A DNA stretch of 64,000 nucleotides from an uncultured delta proteobacterium. Lineage in GTDB: Bacteria > Desulfobacterota > Binatia > UBA9968. The stretch covers positions 128,001 to 192,000 of the forward strand of contig CAWJBB010000041.1 in NCBI GenBank assembly GCA_963840855.1. The letters run 5' to 3'. The first letter of the stretch is position 1; each line of letters begins with the position of its first letter. The position numbers and the translations under genes are program-made. A model generated the notes under the pieces. It did not search any database. It saw only the letters and a list, made by a program, of their open reading frames with translations, and had not been told where the DNA came from. Positions 9,581 through 19,949 of the stretch are shown here, piece by piece.

Positions 9581-9830
9581 AAGTTCGAGCCGATTATCCA
9601 CATCTTTTCGACACGAGTCCGAAACCTGCCGGTCCCCTCGAAGGTATGATGAAGGCGGCGTAATTATTATTGACTTCTGAATCTGACGGCTTGGCGCGGG
9701 TGTGTCTGGCTCTGACGAAAACTAACTCTGAAGCCCCATGGCGGTGTCCCAGCCACATGAAAACTATCGGTTCAGTTGCAGCGAGTTCGGGTCCGAACCG
9801 GTCATTAGGCAGGCCGATGGCTGATGTAAT

Positions 9831-10238
9831 CTATAAGCCCGGAAGAAACAATAAAACGACAATGAGCACGCTCTCCCCAACGAGTAACAAAAGCGCTGCT
9901 TTCTCTCTGCAGCGAACATTGCGGTGCTTACGGCTCTCAGTTTCGATATTCGCTTTTCTCTGCTCTTCAGTCAGTTCAGGCCCAGAAAACATCCTGCCAA
10001 TGTCGAGGTAGCGTTCCTTCGTGACCCAGAAATTCCATATCATGAGCAAAAGCGATACAAGGCAACAAGCGACAAGAAGCAAGGAAATCGGCCTGTTTAC
10101 GGCTGGAGAGAGCAACAACAAAATCGAAAACGCGGTTAACATGATGCCGTTAACAGTCAGGAGAGCGTTCCAAAGTTGGAAGTTGGATTCGCCAGCCTTG
10201 TTTACGAAATGCTGCAGAACCGGACTGAAGTTCGCCAT
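9831..10238 (-). CDS. hypothetical membrane protein
   Basis: 135 aa with three hydrophobic segments. Confidence 0.6.
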   Translation of the reverse strand: MANFSPVLQHFVNKAGESNFQLWNALLTVNGIMLTAFSILLLLSPAVNRPISLLLVACCLVSLLLMIWNFWVTKERYLDIGRMFSGPELTEEQRKANIETESRKHRNVRCREKAALLLLVGESVLIVVLLFLPGL

Positions 10239-10284
10239 ACTAACTTGGGTAACGCCTCAACGGTTCGGTCAGTCATGCGGCGGC

Positions 10285-10683
10285 CTATTTCCGCCCTACG
10301 CATGGAAAAGCGTTCCCCAGGCTTTCGAGAGCGACATGGAAGAAATCCGCGTGAAGACGTTGCGGATTTTTCTCCGCATAGGCCACATAGATAGAGATAA
10401 GTTGTGTTAGTTTGCTGTTTGATGGGGCACAGACCCCATGAATTGGGCCAGTGTCGTCGGCTTGCACGATTACCTTCTGAATAACACCGAACGCTCCCCA
10501 ACAAATTCCAGTTTCGTAATTCGTTGGGAACCTCACATAATCACCCGTAACTTCGGCCTTCGCTATCAGTCTACATGCTGAGAGCAGCTCTTCCGCAGAA
10601 AAGGCAAGAGCGGATTTGGAACCGCTTGCGAAAAAAAAGACGAGCAAGAACAGTCGAAGCGCTGTTGCCACTCGCATTTCCAT
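10285..10683 (-). CDS. Rap1a/Tai-family immunity-like exported protein
   Basis: Signal peptide, then ELLSAC...CWG...VCAP...VAYAEKNPQRLH...LGNAFPC, the Rap1a Cys pattern and terminal FPC. Confidence 0.75.
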   Translation of the reverse strand: MEMRVATALRLFLLVFFFASGSKSALAFSAEELLSACRLIAKAEVTGDYVRFPTNYETGICWGAFGVIQKVIVQADDTGPIHGVCAPSNSKLTQLISIYVAYAEKNPQRLHADFFHVALESLGNAFPCVGRK

Positions 10684-11668
10684 GATCTTTTTTTGGGCCA
10701 AACCCAGTGAGTATTACTGACCAGTAATATTACCCGATCCCAAGAATCAAGGTTCAGGCAAGATTTAACTTTTTAGTCAACGAGTTGTCAATCATTTTTC
10801 GTTCGCGTCCATTCGGGTGCGTTTGACGGCACCGGAGGTCCTCGTCGTGGGTTTCTGCGAACCGACGCGCCAGGGGGTCGATCTTGTTTCCCAGGCCATG
10901 CTGCCTCGTCCTTCGTCCCCGCGACAACACTTTTTCCATTGACCTCCGCCCTGAGGAAACCTGAAGAATTGTCCCTCGCGGCGACGTGAACCTTTGCCCC
11001 GATGTCGAGCGTCTGTGCCATGAGTGCCTCGTCAAAGCGTTCAGCGCCAGCTTGGTCGTGCTTCCGCCTGAGCCGGACGACGCGCCGACGTGCAGCTGTT
11101 GAATCTCGGTTTAAAAAGGCACTCTCCTCGTAAAATCACCAAAACTGCCGTCATAACGTGGTTATAAATGGCGTTGGAGCGCGGAAAAAAAATTCTTGGT
11201 GCGCGCGCAACAACGGACCCAGGATCGCAACTGCCCTTTGGGCCGGACATCAGCCCCGAGAAAACGAGAAGTCTTTACCGGGCAAAATCAAAAAACGGTG
11301 GACGATGTTCGGGCCGATAAGGTGGGCGAGTCGCGATGGGGCTGTCGCAGGCGCAACTGGGACGCCTGCTGAAGTATGCGGGGCCTAACACCATCTCAAG
11401 AAAAGAGCGCGGTGAGCACTCGGTTCAGCATGTCGAGGCGATTGCAGTGATGTACCTGGCGACGCTCGCGCTGTGCAGAGAGGAGGTAAAAATGGAGTGG
11501 CCTTGAGGAACGCCGTGCGTCTTGAGCGGCGTCACACCACGCATATTCCGCTGCTCACCTGGCGCACGACGCAATGACAACGCAAACTCAACGGCGCGGC
11601 TCTTGATGATTTCGTGGTCGTACCCTTCATTTTTTCCCGTTCGTTCACGTCTTTCTCCTTTTCTTTTG

Positions 11669-12133
11669 TCACGGGCTTTCACGGTCTGGTTTCTGCCTCA
11701 GTTCCACGACCCAAAAGCCTGTAATGTTCACAGCAAGCCAAACAAGCCCCCCGAGCAGCTTGCTTCCCGTGAAGTATGCGAGGATTTCAGCCGCCACACC
11801 ACCCAAGATGGAGAAAGCGACCAACTCCAACATTGCGACCGCGAGCCATTTGAGAAAGGTCAAACCCCGCTTCCAACAGAACCAAATCACGAAAGCGTAA
11901 GAGGCGCTCATCACAGCGAACAGCTGTACGCGGATTAATGGGTCCCACCCTGATGGGTCCCGCCACACGACAATGATGAGGGGGGGCATGAGGAAACACC
12001 ACCATCCGACCACCCCCGCTCCATACCTCTTCGCAGCTCTGCCAAGCGCGTTAAATACCCGCCGAGAACCTCGCCAGTGGGAACTGCCTAATGCGTCCAT
12101 CTCGCCTCCCTCTGCTTCGCCTCTCGCTTTCAC
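11669..12133 (-). CDS. hypothetical membrane protein
   Basis: Four hydrophobic segments. Start uncertain. Confidence 0.4.
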   Translation of the reverse strand: MKARGEAEGGEMDALGSSHWRGSRRVFNALGRAAKRYGAGVVGWWCFLMPPLIIVVWRDPSGWDPLIRVQLFAVMSASYAFVIWFCWKRGLTFLKWLAVAMLELVAFSILGGVAAEILAYFTGSKLLGGLVWLAVNITGFWVVELRQKPDRESP

Positions 12134-12175
12134 CCATAGCGCATCAATCAGTTTTTTGTCTGTCCTCGGTTTCGG

Positions 12176-12430
12176 TTACTTCCTCTCCTTTTTGCCCTGG
12201 CTGCGGCTTTGGGGGTGTCTATCACGGATGATTTTTTGGGCCTTGTCCACAAATGCCTTCTCCGCTTTGTCTTTTGTGGGAAATGGCTCGGTTTCCAACT
12301 TGACGCTTGGGTTAGATTCGAGGTAGCCCCGAGCGACCCAACTTTCAGTCCCTGCGACCCGTACCACATCATACATAAATGTTTCTCCCCTGTGTTTGTA
12401 GGGGATTTGCGTGTGTGAATCTCTAGCCAT
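12176..12430 (-). CDS. hypothetical protein
   Basis: 84-aa ORF next to the island right arm. Confidence 0.4.
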   Translation of the reverse strand: MARDSHTQIPYKHRGETFMYDVVRVAGTESWVARGYLESNPSVKLETEPFPTKDKAEKAFVDKAQKIIRDRHPQSRSQGKKERK

Positions 12431-12648
12431 AATACACCCTTTATAGTATAGCGCTCCGAGAAAAAAACCTCTTTGGTCCTATCCAAAGGCTGTGGTTTCC
12501 GCAGTACAATCACAGTACAAAACGCGTGTTGTAATGTGCCTATTTGTGGCGAAATGTGGTGGAATGAGGAAATACGAAAAGCGAGGAAAAGCGCAGGGAA
12601 ACAGAGCGTAACTCATGTTTTCCCTGCGCCGATGCCCTCCTAGGCAAG

Positions 12649-12707
12649 CGGTCTTGAAAACCGGCGTCCATTCGTGGACCGCGAGTTCAAATCTCGTCCC
12701 CTCCGCC
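12649..12707 (+). repeat. attR-like copy of the tRNA-Ser 3' part
   Basis: Matches 585-643 with one C>T change. The 5' half of the tRNA is missing. Confidence 0.93.
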
Positions 12708-12850
12708 GATTCTGACCGACACCTATCCTTCCCCTCGCCGAAGTTGGAGTAATGGAGTGGTAGAGTAATGGGTAGGACGTGCATCAGCGCGGTTGCGCAT
12801 GGGGGCGCGCTCTGTTTACCTATCTTCAAAAGGATGGAGGGTAATTCACG

Positions 12851-14254
12851 ATGGCGAGTTCGGCAGCGCCGACATTGCAGTTTCTCGGGGCCGCGGGCGG
12901 GGTGACCGGTTCGAAGTTTTTGTTCGCCAGGAACTCCGATCTAGGTACTGATCGATTGCGGGTTATTCCAGGGGCTTAAGGAACTGCGCTTGAAAAACTG
13001 GGCGCCCGTGCCCATCGACCTGGCGCGGCTGCGCGCGGTGGTGTTGACCCACGCGCACATCGATCACTCCGGCTATCTGCCGCGGCTCGTCGCCAAGGGC
13101 TATCGCGGTCCCATCTTCGCGACCCCCGGAACTTGCGATCTGCTGGGAGTCATGTTGCCCGACGCGGCGCACTTGCAGGAAGAAGAAGCGCGCTACGCCA
13201 ACCAGAAGGGTTATTCGAAGCATGCCCCGGCGTTGCCGCTTTATACGGTGGAAGACGCCGAGCTCGCCCTGCGGCTTTTGCGGCCAACGAAAAATAGCGA
13301 AGCCGTCGAAGTGGCCAAAGGCGTGTTCGTCGATTTCGGCCGGGTCGGTCATATACTCGGCGCGGGCTCGGTGCGGCTCTCCTTCGAGGACAACGGCGGA
13401 AAAAAATATTTGCTGGATTCCGGCGATCTGGGGCGTTACCAGAGGCCCATTCTCAAAGATCCCGAACCGGCCAAGCCCGCCGACTGGCTGCTAATCGAAT
13501 CGACTTATGGCAATCGCTTGCACCCCCAGGAATCGGAACAAGAGCTGGGAAATATTATCACGGAGGTTGCGGATCAGCACGGCTGCTTGATAATTCCAGC
13601 ATTTGCCATCGGCCGAACCCAAGAACTGCTCTACACGATTCGCAAGCTGGAGGATGAAGGCGCGATCCCGGCGCTCCCGGTGCATGTCGATAGCCCGATG
13701 GGCATCGAAGCAACAGAAATTTATTGCCGGCATACCGACGAGCACGATTTCGAGATGGCGTCGTTGTGCAATCACGCGCGCTCCCCGCTCAGCTCGCGGC
13801 ATTTGACCGTGCACAGAACGCCGAACAGTCGAAGTCGATTAATAAGCTCAAAGGTCCGCTGATCATTGTTTCGGCGAGCGGCATGGCGACGGGCGGGCGC
13901 GTTCTGCATCATCTCAAGCAACGCCTACCCGATCCCAATACCACGGTGCTCTTGGCCGGCTACCAAGCCGAAGGCACGCGCGGCCGGCTGCTGCAAGACG
14001 GCGCCAAAGAGATCAAGCTGCTCGGCGAAGTCGTTCCCGTGCGCGCTAAGACAAAACTGCTCGATGGTTTTTCCGCCCATGCGGATCAAGGTGAAATCCT
14101 GCGCTGGCTTGGGACCTTTCAAAAAGCGCCGCGCAAAACTTACATCGTTCACGGCGAGCCGGCGGCGGCTTCGGCCTTGGCGGATGTCATCGGTGAACGG
14201 CTCAAGTGGCCCGTGGAGATCGCCAAATTTAATCAAAAGGTATCGCTGGCATGA
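12851..14254 (+). CDS. MBL-fold beta-CASP metallo-hydrolase/ribonuclease (two apparent frameshifts, ~12943 and ~13822)
   Basis: LQFLGAAGGVTGS, LIDCGLFQG, THAHIDHSG, GHILG, IESTYG, FSAHAD and VHGE motifs spread over three frames. Confidence 0.9.
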
Positions 14255-14455
14255 TTCAAGGGGCTCGTTCAAACAGTTCAAGCCGTTCAAGTAGTTCAAG
14301 CCGTTACAGATAGCAGAAAGCATTTTGAACCGTTTGCATGTTCTTATTAGCGGGCACAAAAATTAACTGCACTCAGCCGGTTCGAGTAGTCCAAGGCGTT
14401 ACAAACATCCGGAAACGATTTGAACGACTTGAACGTCTTGAACGATTGGAACGTA
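14254..14455. repeat. GTTCAA/TTGAAC 9-nt-period palindromic repeats (two adjacent units)
   Basis: gttcaaacagttcaagccgttcaagtagttcaag ... ttgaacgacttgaacgtcttgaacg. Confidence 0.75.
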
Positions 14456-14465
14456 GAGGAAAATC

Positions 14466-16901
14466 GTGACCGATCCAATCTGCGATATGAAGGTGGAGCC
14501 GGAAAGCGCCGCCGGCAAGTTCGATTACGAACGGGAGACTTATTATTTTTGCAGTGTCCACTGCCAAAAGCTCTTCGCCAGCGATCCGGCAAAGTATCTG
14601 AGCGCCGCAAAGGCGCGCCAAAAAACTTCAGCAGTTCAGCACCATCACGCGCCGGCCCAGCCTGAAGTTCCAGGCGGCATATACACTTGTCCCATGGACC
14701 CGGAAGTGCGCCAGGTGGGCGCCGGCGCTTGCCCCAAGTGCGGCATGGCGCTCGAACCGCTCGAAGTCACCGCACCGTCAACCAAGACCGAATATGTTTG
14801 TCCCATGCACCCCGAAGTCGTGCGCGACGCGCCCGGCTCATGTCCAATTTGCGGCATGGCGTTGGAACCCCGCGTCGTAACGCTGGCGGAAGAGAAAAAT
14901 CCGGAATTGGAAAATATGACCCGCCGCTTCTGGGTGGGCGTTATTTTATCTGCGCCAGTTTTTCTCGTCGCCATGTCGGATATGATTCCAGGCCAACCAT
15001 TGCATCAGATATTTTCATCGAGATGGCTAACCTGGTTTCAATTCGCCCTGGCGACGCCGGTGGTGTTGTGGTGCGGCTGGCCGTTTTTCGAGCGCGCCTG
15101 GGCCTCGGTCGTCAATCGAAGCCTCAACATGTTCACCTTGATCGGCATCGGCGTAGGCACCGCCTATCTGTACAGCGTTGCGGCGGTGCTGTTTCCCGGC
15201 GCTTTTCCGGATTCGCTTCGCGGCCACGGCGGCCAAATCGGCGTCTACTTCGAAGCCGCCGCCGTCATCACGACTTTGGTTCTTCTCGGTCAGGTGCTGG
15301 AACTGCGCGCGCGCAGCCGCACCAGCGGCGCCATCAAGGCTTTGCTTGGACTTGCGCCCAAAACGGCGCGCCGTGTCGCTGCGGACGGAAGCGAAGAGGA
15401 CGTCCCCTTGGAGCAGGTAAGGGTTGGCGATCTGTTGCGCGTGCGTCCCGGCGAAAAGATACCCGTCGATGGGATCGTCGTCGATGGGCAGAGCGCCGTC
15501 GATGAATCAATGGTCACCGGCGAGCCGATTCCCGTCGAGAAACTTCCGAACAGCAAAGTCATCGGCGGCACGGTCAACGGCACCGGAAGTTTTTTGATAC
15601 GCGCCGAGCGGGTTGGCGCTGATACCTTGCTGGCGCAGATTGTGCGCATGGTGAGCGAGGCGCAGCGCAGCCGTGCGCCGATCCAAAAATTAGCCGACCG
15701 GGTATCCGCCTATTTCGTGCCCGCGGTGGTCGCGGTCGCGGTTGTGACTTTTATCATCTGGGCGACAGCGGGGCCGGAACCGCGCTTAGCCTACGCTTTG
15801 GTCAATGCCGTAGCGGTGCTCATCATCGCCTGTCCCTGCGCTCTCGGCTTGGCTACGCCGATGTCGATCATGGTCGGCACCGGGCGTGGCGCCACGGCCG
15901 GGGTACTTATCAAAAACGCGGAGGCCCTCGAAGTGCTGGAAAAAGTGGATACGTTGGTCGTCGATAAGACCGGCACCCTCACGGAGGGAAAACCGCGGCT
16001 TGCCGCCGTCGTTGCCGTGGAGGGCGTCGATGAAGCCGAGCTACTAAGACTGGCCGCGAGTCTGGAAAAGGCCAGCGAGCATCCACTGGCGGGCGCCATT
16101 GTTGCGGGTGCCCAGGAGCGTAAATTGGCGCTCGCTCGCGACCAGGGTTTTCAGTCGTATACTGGCAAAGGTGTCGTCGGCATGGTCGATGGCAAGCGTA
16201 TGGCCCTGGGCAATTCGCAGTTGTTCGACGAACTAAAAATAAACACCGACGCGTTGCGCGCTCGCGCCGAAGCGCTGCGCGCCGAGGGCCAGACGGTGAT
16301 GTTCGTGGCGATCGAAAAAAAGCTGGCGGGTTTGATCGGCGTAGCTGACCCCATCAAGGCGTCGACGCCCGATGCGATCCGCCAGTTGCACGACGACGGC
16401 GTGCGCATCGTGATGCTCACGGGAGATAGCCGGGCGACGGCCGGAGCAGTGGCGCGCAAGCTCGGCATCGACGAGGTCCACGCCGAAGTGCTGCCAAGCC
16501 GGAAAGGGGAGATCGTCAAACAACTTCAGTCCGAAGGACGAATCGTCGCCATGGCTGGCGACGGCGTCAATGATGCTCCCGCGCTGGCGCAAGCTCACGT
16601 CGGCATCGCCATGGGCACGGGCACGGACATCGCCATCGAAAGCGCCGCAGTGACGTTGATCAAAGGCGACTTGAACGGCATCGTTAAAGTCCGCAAACTC
16701 AGCCGCGCCACGATGCGCAATATCCGGCAAAATCTTTTTTTCGCATTCTTTTACAACCTGCTCGGCGTGCCGATTGCAGCCGGTATTCTTTATCCCTTCT
16801 TTGGACTGCTTTTAAACCCGATGATCGCCAGCGCCGCGATGACCTTCAGTTCGGTGTCGGTCATTACTAATGCGCTACGGCTGAACAAGGTCGAACTGTA
16901 A
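14466..16901 (+). CDS. copA: Cu(I)/Ag(I)-translocating P1B-type ATPase with YHS and two CPM(H/D)P metal-binding domains
   Basis: TGE, CPC, DKTGT, SEHP, GDGVND, YN and MxxSS motifs. Confidence 0.93.
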   Translation: MTDPICDMKVEPESAAGKFDYERETYYFCSVHCQKLFASDPAKYLSAAKARQKTSAVQHHHAPAQPEVPGGIYTCPMDPEVRQVGAGACPKCGMALEPLEVTAPSTKTEYVCPMHPEVVRDAPGSCPICGMALEPRVVTLAEEKNPELENMTRRFWVGVILSAPVFLVAMSDMIPGQPLHQIFSSRWLTWFQFALATPVVLWCGWPFFERAWASVVNRSLNMFTLIGIGVGTAYLYSVAAVLFPGAFPDSLRGHGGQIGVYFEAAAVITTLVLLGQVLELRARSRTSGAIKALLGLAPKTARRVAADGSEEDVPLEQVRVGDLLRVRPGEKIPVDGIVVDGQSAVDESMVTGEPIPVEKLPNSKVIGGTVNGTGSFLIRAERVGADTLLAQIVRMVSEAQRSRAPIQKLADRVSAYFVPAVVAVAVVTFIIWATAGPEPRLAYALVNAVAVLIIACPCALGLATPMSIMVGTGRGATAGVLIKNAEALEVLEKVDTLVVDKTGTLTEGKPRLAAVVAVEGVDEAELLRLAASLEKASEHPLAGAIVAGAQERKLALARDQGFQSYTGKGVVGMVDGKRMALGNSQLFDELKINTDALRARAEALRAEGQTVMFVAIEKKLAGLIGVADPIKASTPDAIRQLHDDGVRIVMLTGDSRATAGAVARKLGIDEVHAEVLPSRKGEIVKQLQSEGRIVAMAGDGVNDAPALAQAHVGIAMGTGTDIAIESAAVTLIKGDLNGIVKVRKLSRATMRNIRQNLFFAFFYNLLGVPIAAGILYPFFGLLLNPMIASAAMTFSSVSVITNALRLNKVEL

Positions 16902-17047
16902 GCGAAATCATCGCCGGGCGGCCGAAATCAAACCCGTTGGGTGGGTAAGTTTGCTTTCCGGCGCAATTGAGATAGATAAACATCCGTATGTGGGCGAGTC
17001 ATCGTCCCGGCGTATCTCTCGCGGGCGTCTCCGAGTGACCGTAACTT

Positions 17048-18152
17048 ATGTCAATTTTAAAGGTCGAAGGCGTTACCAAACGGTTCAAAGATCTCACCGC
17101 CTTAGACAACGTATCATTCGAGTTCGATAGGGGAATTCTTTCCTTCCTCGGGCCTTCGGGTTGCGGCAAGACGACGTTATTAAGATCCATCGCCGGCCTC
17201 GAAATTCCCGACGCGGGGGCGATTTCCATCGCCGATCAATTGCAGACCTCCATTGAGGAAGGCGTGCTGGTGCCGCCGTATTCCCGCGAAATCGGGTTCG
17301 TATTTCAAAACTATGCGCTGTGGCCGCATATGACGGTCTTCAAAAACGTCGCCTTTGGCCTCAAGTTGCGAAAGCTGGCGGAGGTAGAAATTCGGCGCAA
17401 AGTCCTCGACCGCCCTGGACCTGGTGGGCTTGCAGGGAAGGGAAGAGCGCTACCCTGCGCAGCTAAGCGGCGGGCAGCAACAGCGGGTTGCGCTGGCGCG
17501 GAGCCTGGCGTTGGAGCCGAGATTGATTTTGCTCGATGAACCGCTGAGCAACCTCGACGCCAAGCTGCGCGAAGAGATGCGCGTCGAAATCCGCAAGCTG
17601 ATTAAAAAGGTTGGCATCAGCGCGCTCTACGTCACCCATGATCAGGAGGAAGCTTTTACGATTTCCGACGCGGTCATCGTGATGGAAAGCGGCCGTATCC
17701 TCCAGTACGCCACGCCGGATGAAATCTATAACCGCCCGGCGCATCCGTTCGTTGCATCCTTTATCGGCCATTCGACGTTGATCGACGGCAAGGTTGTCAA
17801 GGTCGAAAGCGGGCTATGCGAAGTTGCCGTTCCTGAACTCAGCAACGTCACCTTGGTCTCGCCGGTGTCGGGGCCGGTGGCGGCTGGGGACCTCTGCAAA
17901 GTTGTAATTCGGATGAGTGAGATTCATTTGAGCCATGAGCGATTTCCCGACGGGACGGTCAACGTGTTGGAAGGGCAGATGACCAGCCGCGAGTTTCGCG
18001 GCGGTCTTACTGACCACCGGGTTCAGGTCGGGTCGCGCGAACTCGTGGTGACGTCACACAAGCTCTGTCCGATGATTCGGCTCGACGGCGAATCTGGCAA
18101 GACTTTCCTATCCATCGATAAATCCGCTATTAGCGTAATTATCGGCCATTAG
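17048..18152 (+). CDS. ABC transporter ATP-binding subunit, Fe3+/polyamine class (frameshift ~17411)
   Basis: GPSGCGKT in the first frame. LSGGQQQR, LLDEP and YVTHD in the second. Confidence 0.9.
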
Positions 18153-18249
18153 ACATCCCCACCGGATATTTCACTCTTAAACTGAAAAATTAAGGAGTAC
18201 GGGTACGGCAAGCTGGAAGTCGATAAAGCTCGGATTTGGCCAGGGCTCG

Positions 18250-19905
18250 ATGATGCCGCTGCTGGCGAGCAGCATCGCCGGCGCGGCGATTATCACGCCG
18301 GTCATCATCGTTTTCTGGAGGAGCTTTACCTCCGGCAAGCTCGGCTTCACGGTCGGCTTCAATGTGGCCAATTACGCCCGCGTGTTGGGCGACAAAGACA
18401 TTTGGGCGATGCTCAATAACTCGGTTATCTACGCCGCGGGTTCGGCGTTGCTGGGAACCGGGCTGGGCGGGTTGCTCGCCTGGATCGTGGCGCGGACGAA
18501 TACGCCCGGCAAAGGTTTGGTTGAGTTGTTGCCGCTCTATCCGATCTTGATGCCGCCGATCATGAAAAATATCGCCTGGATCCTTCTCCTGGCGCCGAAG
18601 TCGGGGATCTTAAACGGTATGCTCGATCAATATCTGGGTATCTCTACACCTGTCTTCAATGCCTTCAGCATGGCCGGCATGATCTGGGTATTTGGTTTGG
18701 CCTGCGTGCCGCTGGGCTATCTGTTTCTCTTGCCGGTTTTCTTGTCTTTCGACCCTTCGCTGGAAGAAAGCGCATATATCGCCGGCAGCAAGCCGATGCA
18801 TACGATGATGAAGATTACTTTTCCGCTGGCGCTGCCGGCATTCCTTTCCGCTTTTGTGTTGAACTTTCTGCGCGGGCTGAGGTCCTTTGAGACACCCGTC
18901 CTCCAAGGGACGCCGGGCAACATCAAGGTTTTCGTCAGCCGGGTGTACGATTCGATGGCTCTCGAATTCAACACCGGACTGGCTACGGCGTACAGCGTTA
19001 TCTTGGTCGTTATGTCGATCGTAACGCTGTATTTTTACGTGCGCACGACCCGTTTTTCCGAGCGCTACGCGACCATCACCGGCAAAGGCTATCGCGTTAA
19101 GGTGATCGATATCGGCCCGTGGAAGTATGTCACCTTCATGGCCGTGTTCTTCTACTTTCTCGCGGGTATCTTGATTCCGTTCATCGTCCTCATAGTCGTT
19201 TCGATGATTCCGTACTACGACTACGAGACCTTCATGAACTTTCCCAACAACGCGGTGCTGAAAAACTATTTCACGGTTATGAAACATCCCAGCTTTGTCA
19301 ACGGACTTTATAATTCGCTAATACTGTCCATCGGTATTGCGCTGGTGACCGTGTTCTTCGGCATCATCATGGCCTTCGCGATTTATCGCACCCGGGCATT
19401 CGGCACGCAGCTGTTCGAATTTATCGGCACCCTGCCGCTGGCGTTCCCGCCTTTGGTCTTGTCCGTCGGTCTCGTGATCATTTTTCTCGGTACGCCCTTA
19501 TATAATAGTCTATGGGCTCTCGGCCTGGGGCTATTTGTCGCGTACTTTCCCTACGCGTTCCGGAACGCTTCCGGTTCCATCGTGAATATCCACAAGGAAC
19601 TCGACGAAGCGGCGTGGGTGCACGGTGCCAGGTGGCGGCATGTGTTTTTCAAAATTACCCTGCCGATCCTCAAGCCCTCGGTGGGTGGCGCGCTGTTCTA
19701 TATCTTTATTGAAGCGATCCGCAACGTCGATGTGGCGGTGCTGCTCACCGCGCCGGGAATGGAATACGGCCCGGTGACTTTATTCGAATACTTCAGAGTC
19801 GGCCAGTGGGCCGAAGCCGCGGCCGGCGGGGTCATCTATCTGGTCATACTGGCCCTTGCCGTGTCCATCGCGAAGTTTGCGTTTAACATGAAGTTCAGTC
19901 TATGA
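18250..19905 (+). CDS. ABC transporter permease (FbpB-like, fused double domain)
   Basis: About 12 TM segments and two EAA loops (LEESAYIAG, LDEAAWVHGA). Confidence 0.9.
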   Translation: MMPLLASSIAGAAIITPVIIVFWRSFTSGKLGFTVGFNVANYARVLGDKDIWAMLNNSVIYAAGSALLGTGLGGLLAWIVARTNTPGKGLVELLPLYPILMPPIMKNIAWILLLAPKSGILNGMLDQYLGISTPVFNAFSMAGMIWVFGLACVPLGYLFLLPVFLSFDPSLEESAYIAGSKPMHTMMKITFPLALPAFLSAFVLNFLRGLRSFETPVLQGTPGNIKVFVSRVYDSMALEFNTGLATAYSVILVVMSIVTLYFYVRTTRFSERYATITGKGYRVKVIDIGPWKYVTFMAVFFYFLAGILIPFIVLIVVSMIPYYDYETFMNFPNNAVLKNYFTVMKHPSFVNGLYNSLILSIGIALVTVFFGIIMAFAIYRTRAFGTQLFEFIGTLPLAFPPLVLSVGLVIIFLGTPLYNSLWALGLGLFVAYFPYAFRNASGSIVNIHKELDEAAWVHGARWRHVFFKITLPILKPSVGGALFYIFIEAIRNVDVAVLLTAPGMEYGPVTLFEYFRVGQWAEAAAGGVIYLVILALAVSIAKFAFNMKFSL

Positions 19906-19949
19906 ATGATTAACATTAGGCGTTTATTTCAACAAAGGGGGATATTGGA

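Larger units (their letters stand above)
2468..12707. mobile_element. tRNA-Ser-integrated island 2 (~10.2 kb, no integrase seen)
   Basis: Bounded by tRNA 3' copies at 2468-2527 and 12649-12707. Contains short hypothetical genes, gene fragments and an IS dimer. Confidence 0.85.

Noticed and set aside
3440-10270. Integron attC-like cores (GCCTAAC/GCCTAAT) downstream of island genes at ~3454 and ~9805
   Set aside because: No matching complementary R' box or full attC stem could be built and no intI is present. At most degenerate remnants.
2163-11102. CRISPR-like interpretation of the recurring GTCCCTCGCGGCGACGTGAACCT sequence
   Set aside because: Only three copies, kilobases apart, with codon-patterned divergence. 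No regular spacers or cas genes.
11160-11240. Possible phage cos/packaging-site-like sequence
   Set aside because: Only a vague resemblance. No terminase or HNH gene nearby.
14254-14455. GTTCAA repeats as a CRISPR array
   Set aside because: Unit length is 9 nt with an inverted arrangement and no unique spacers.
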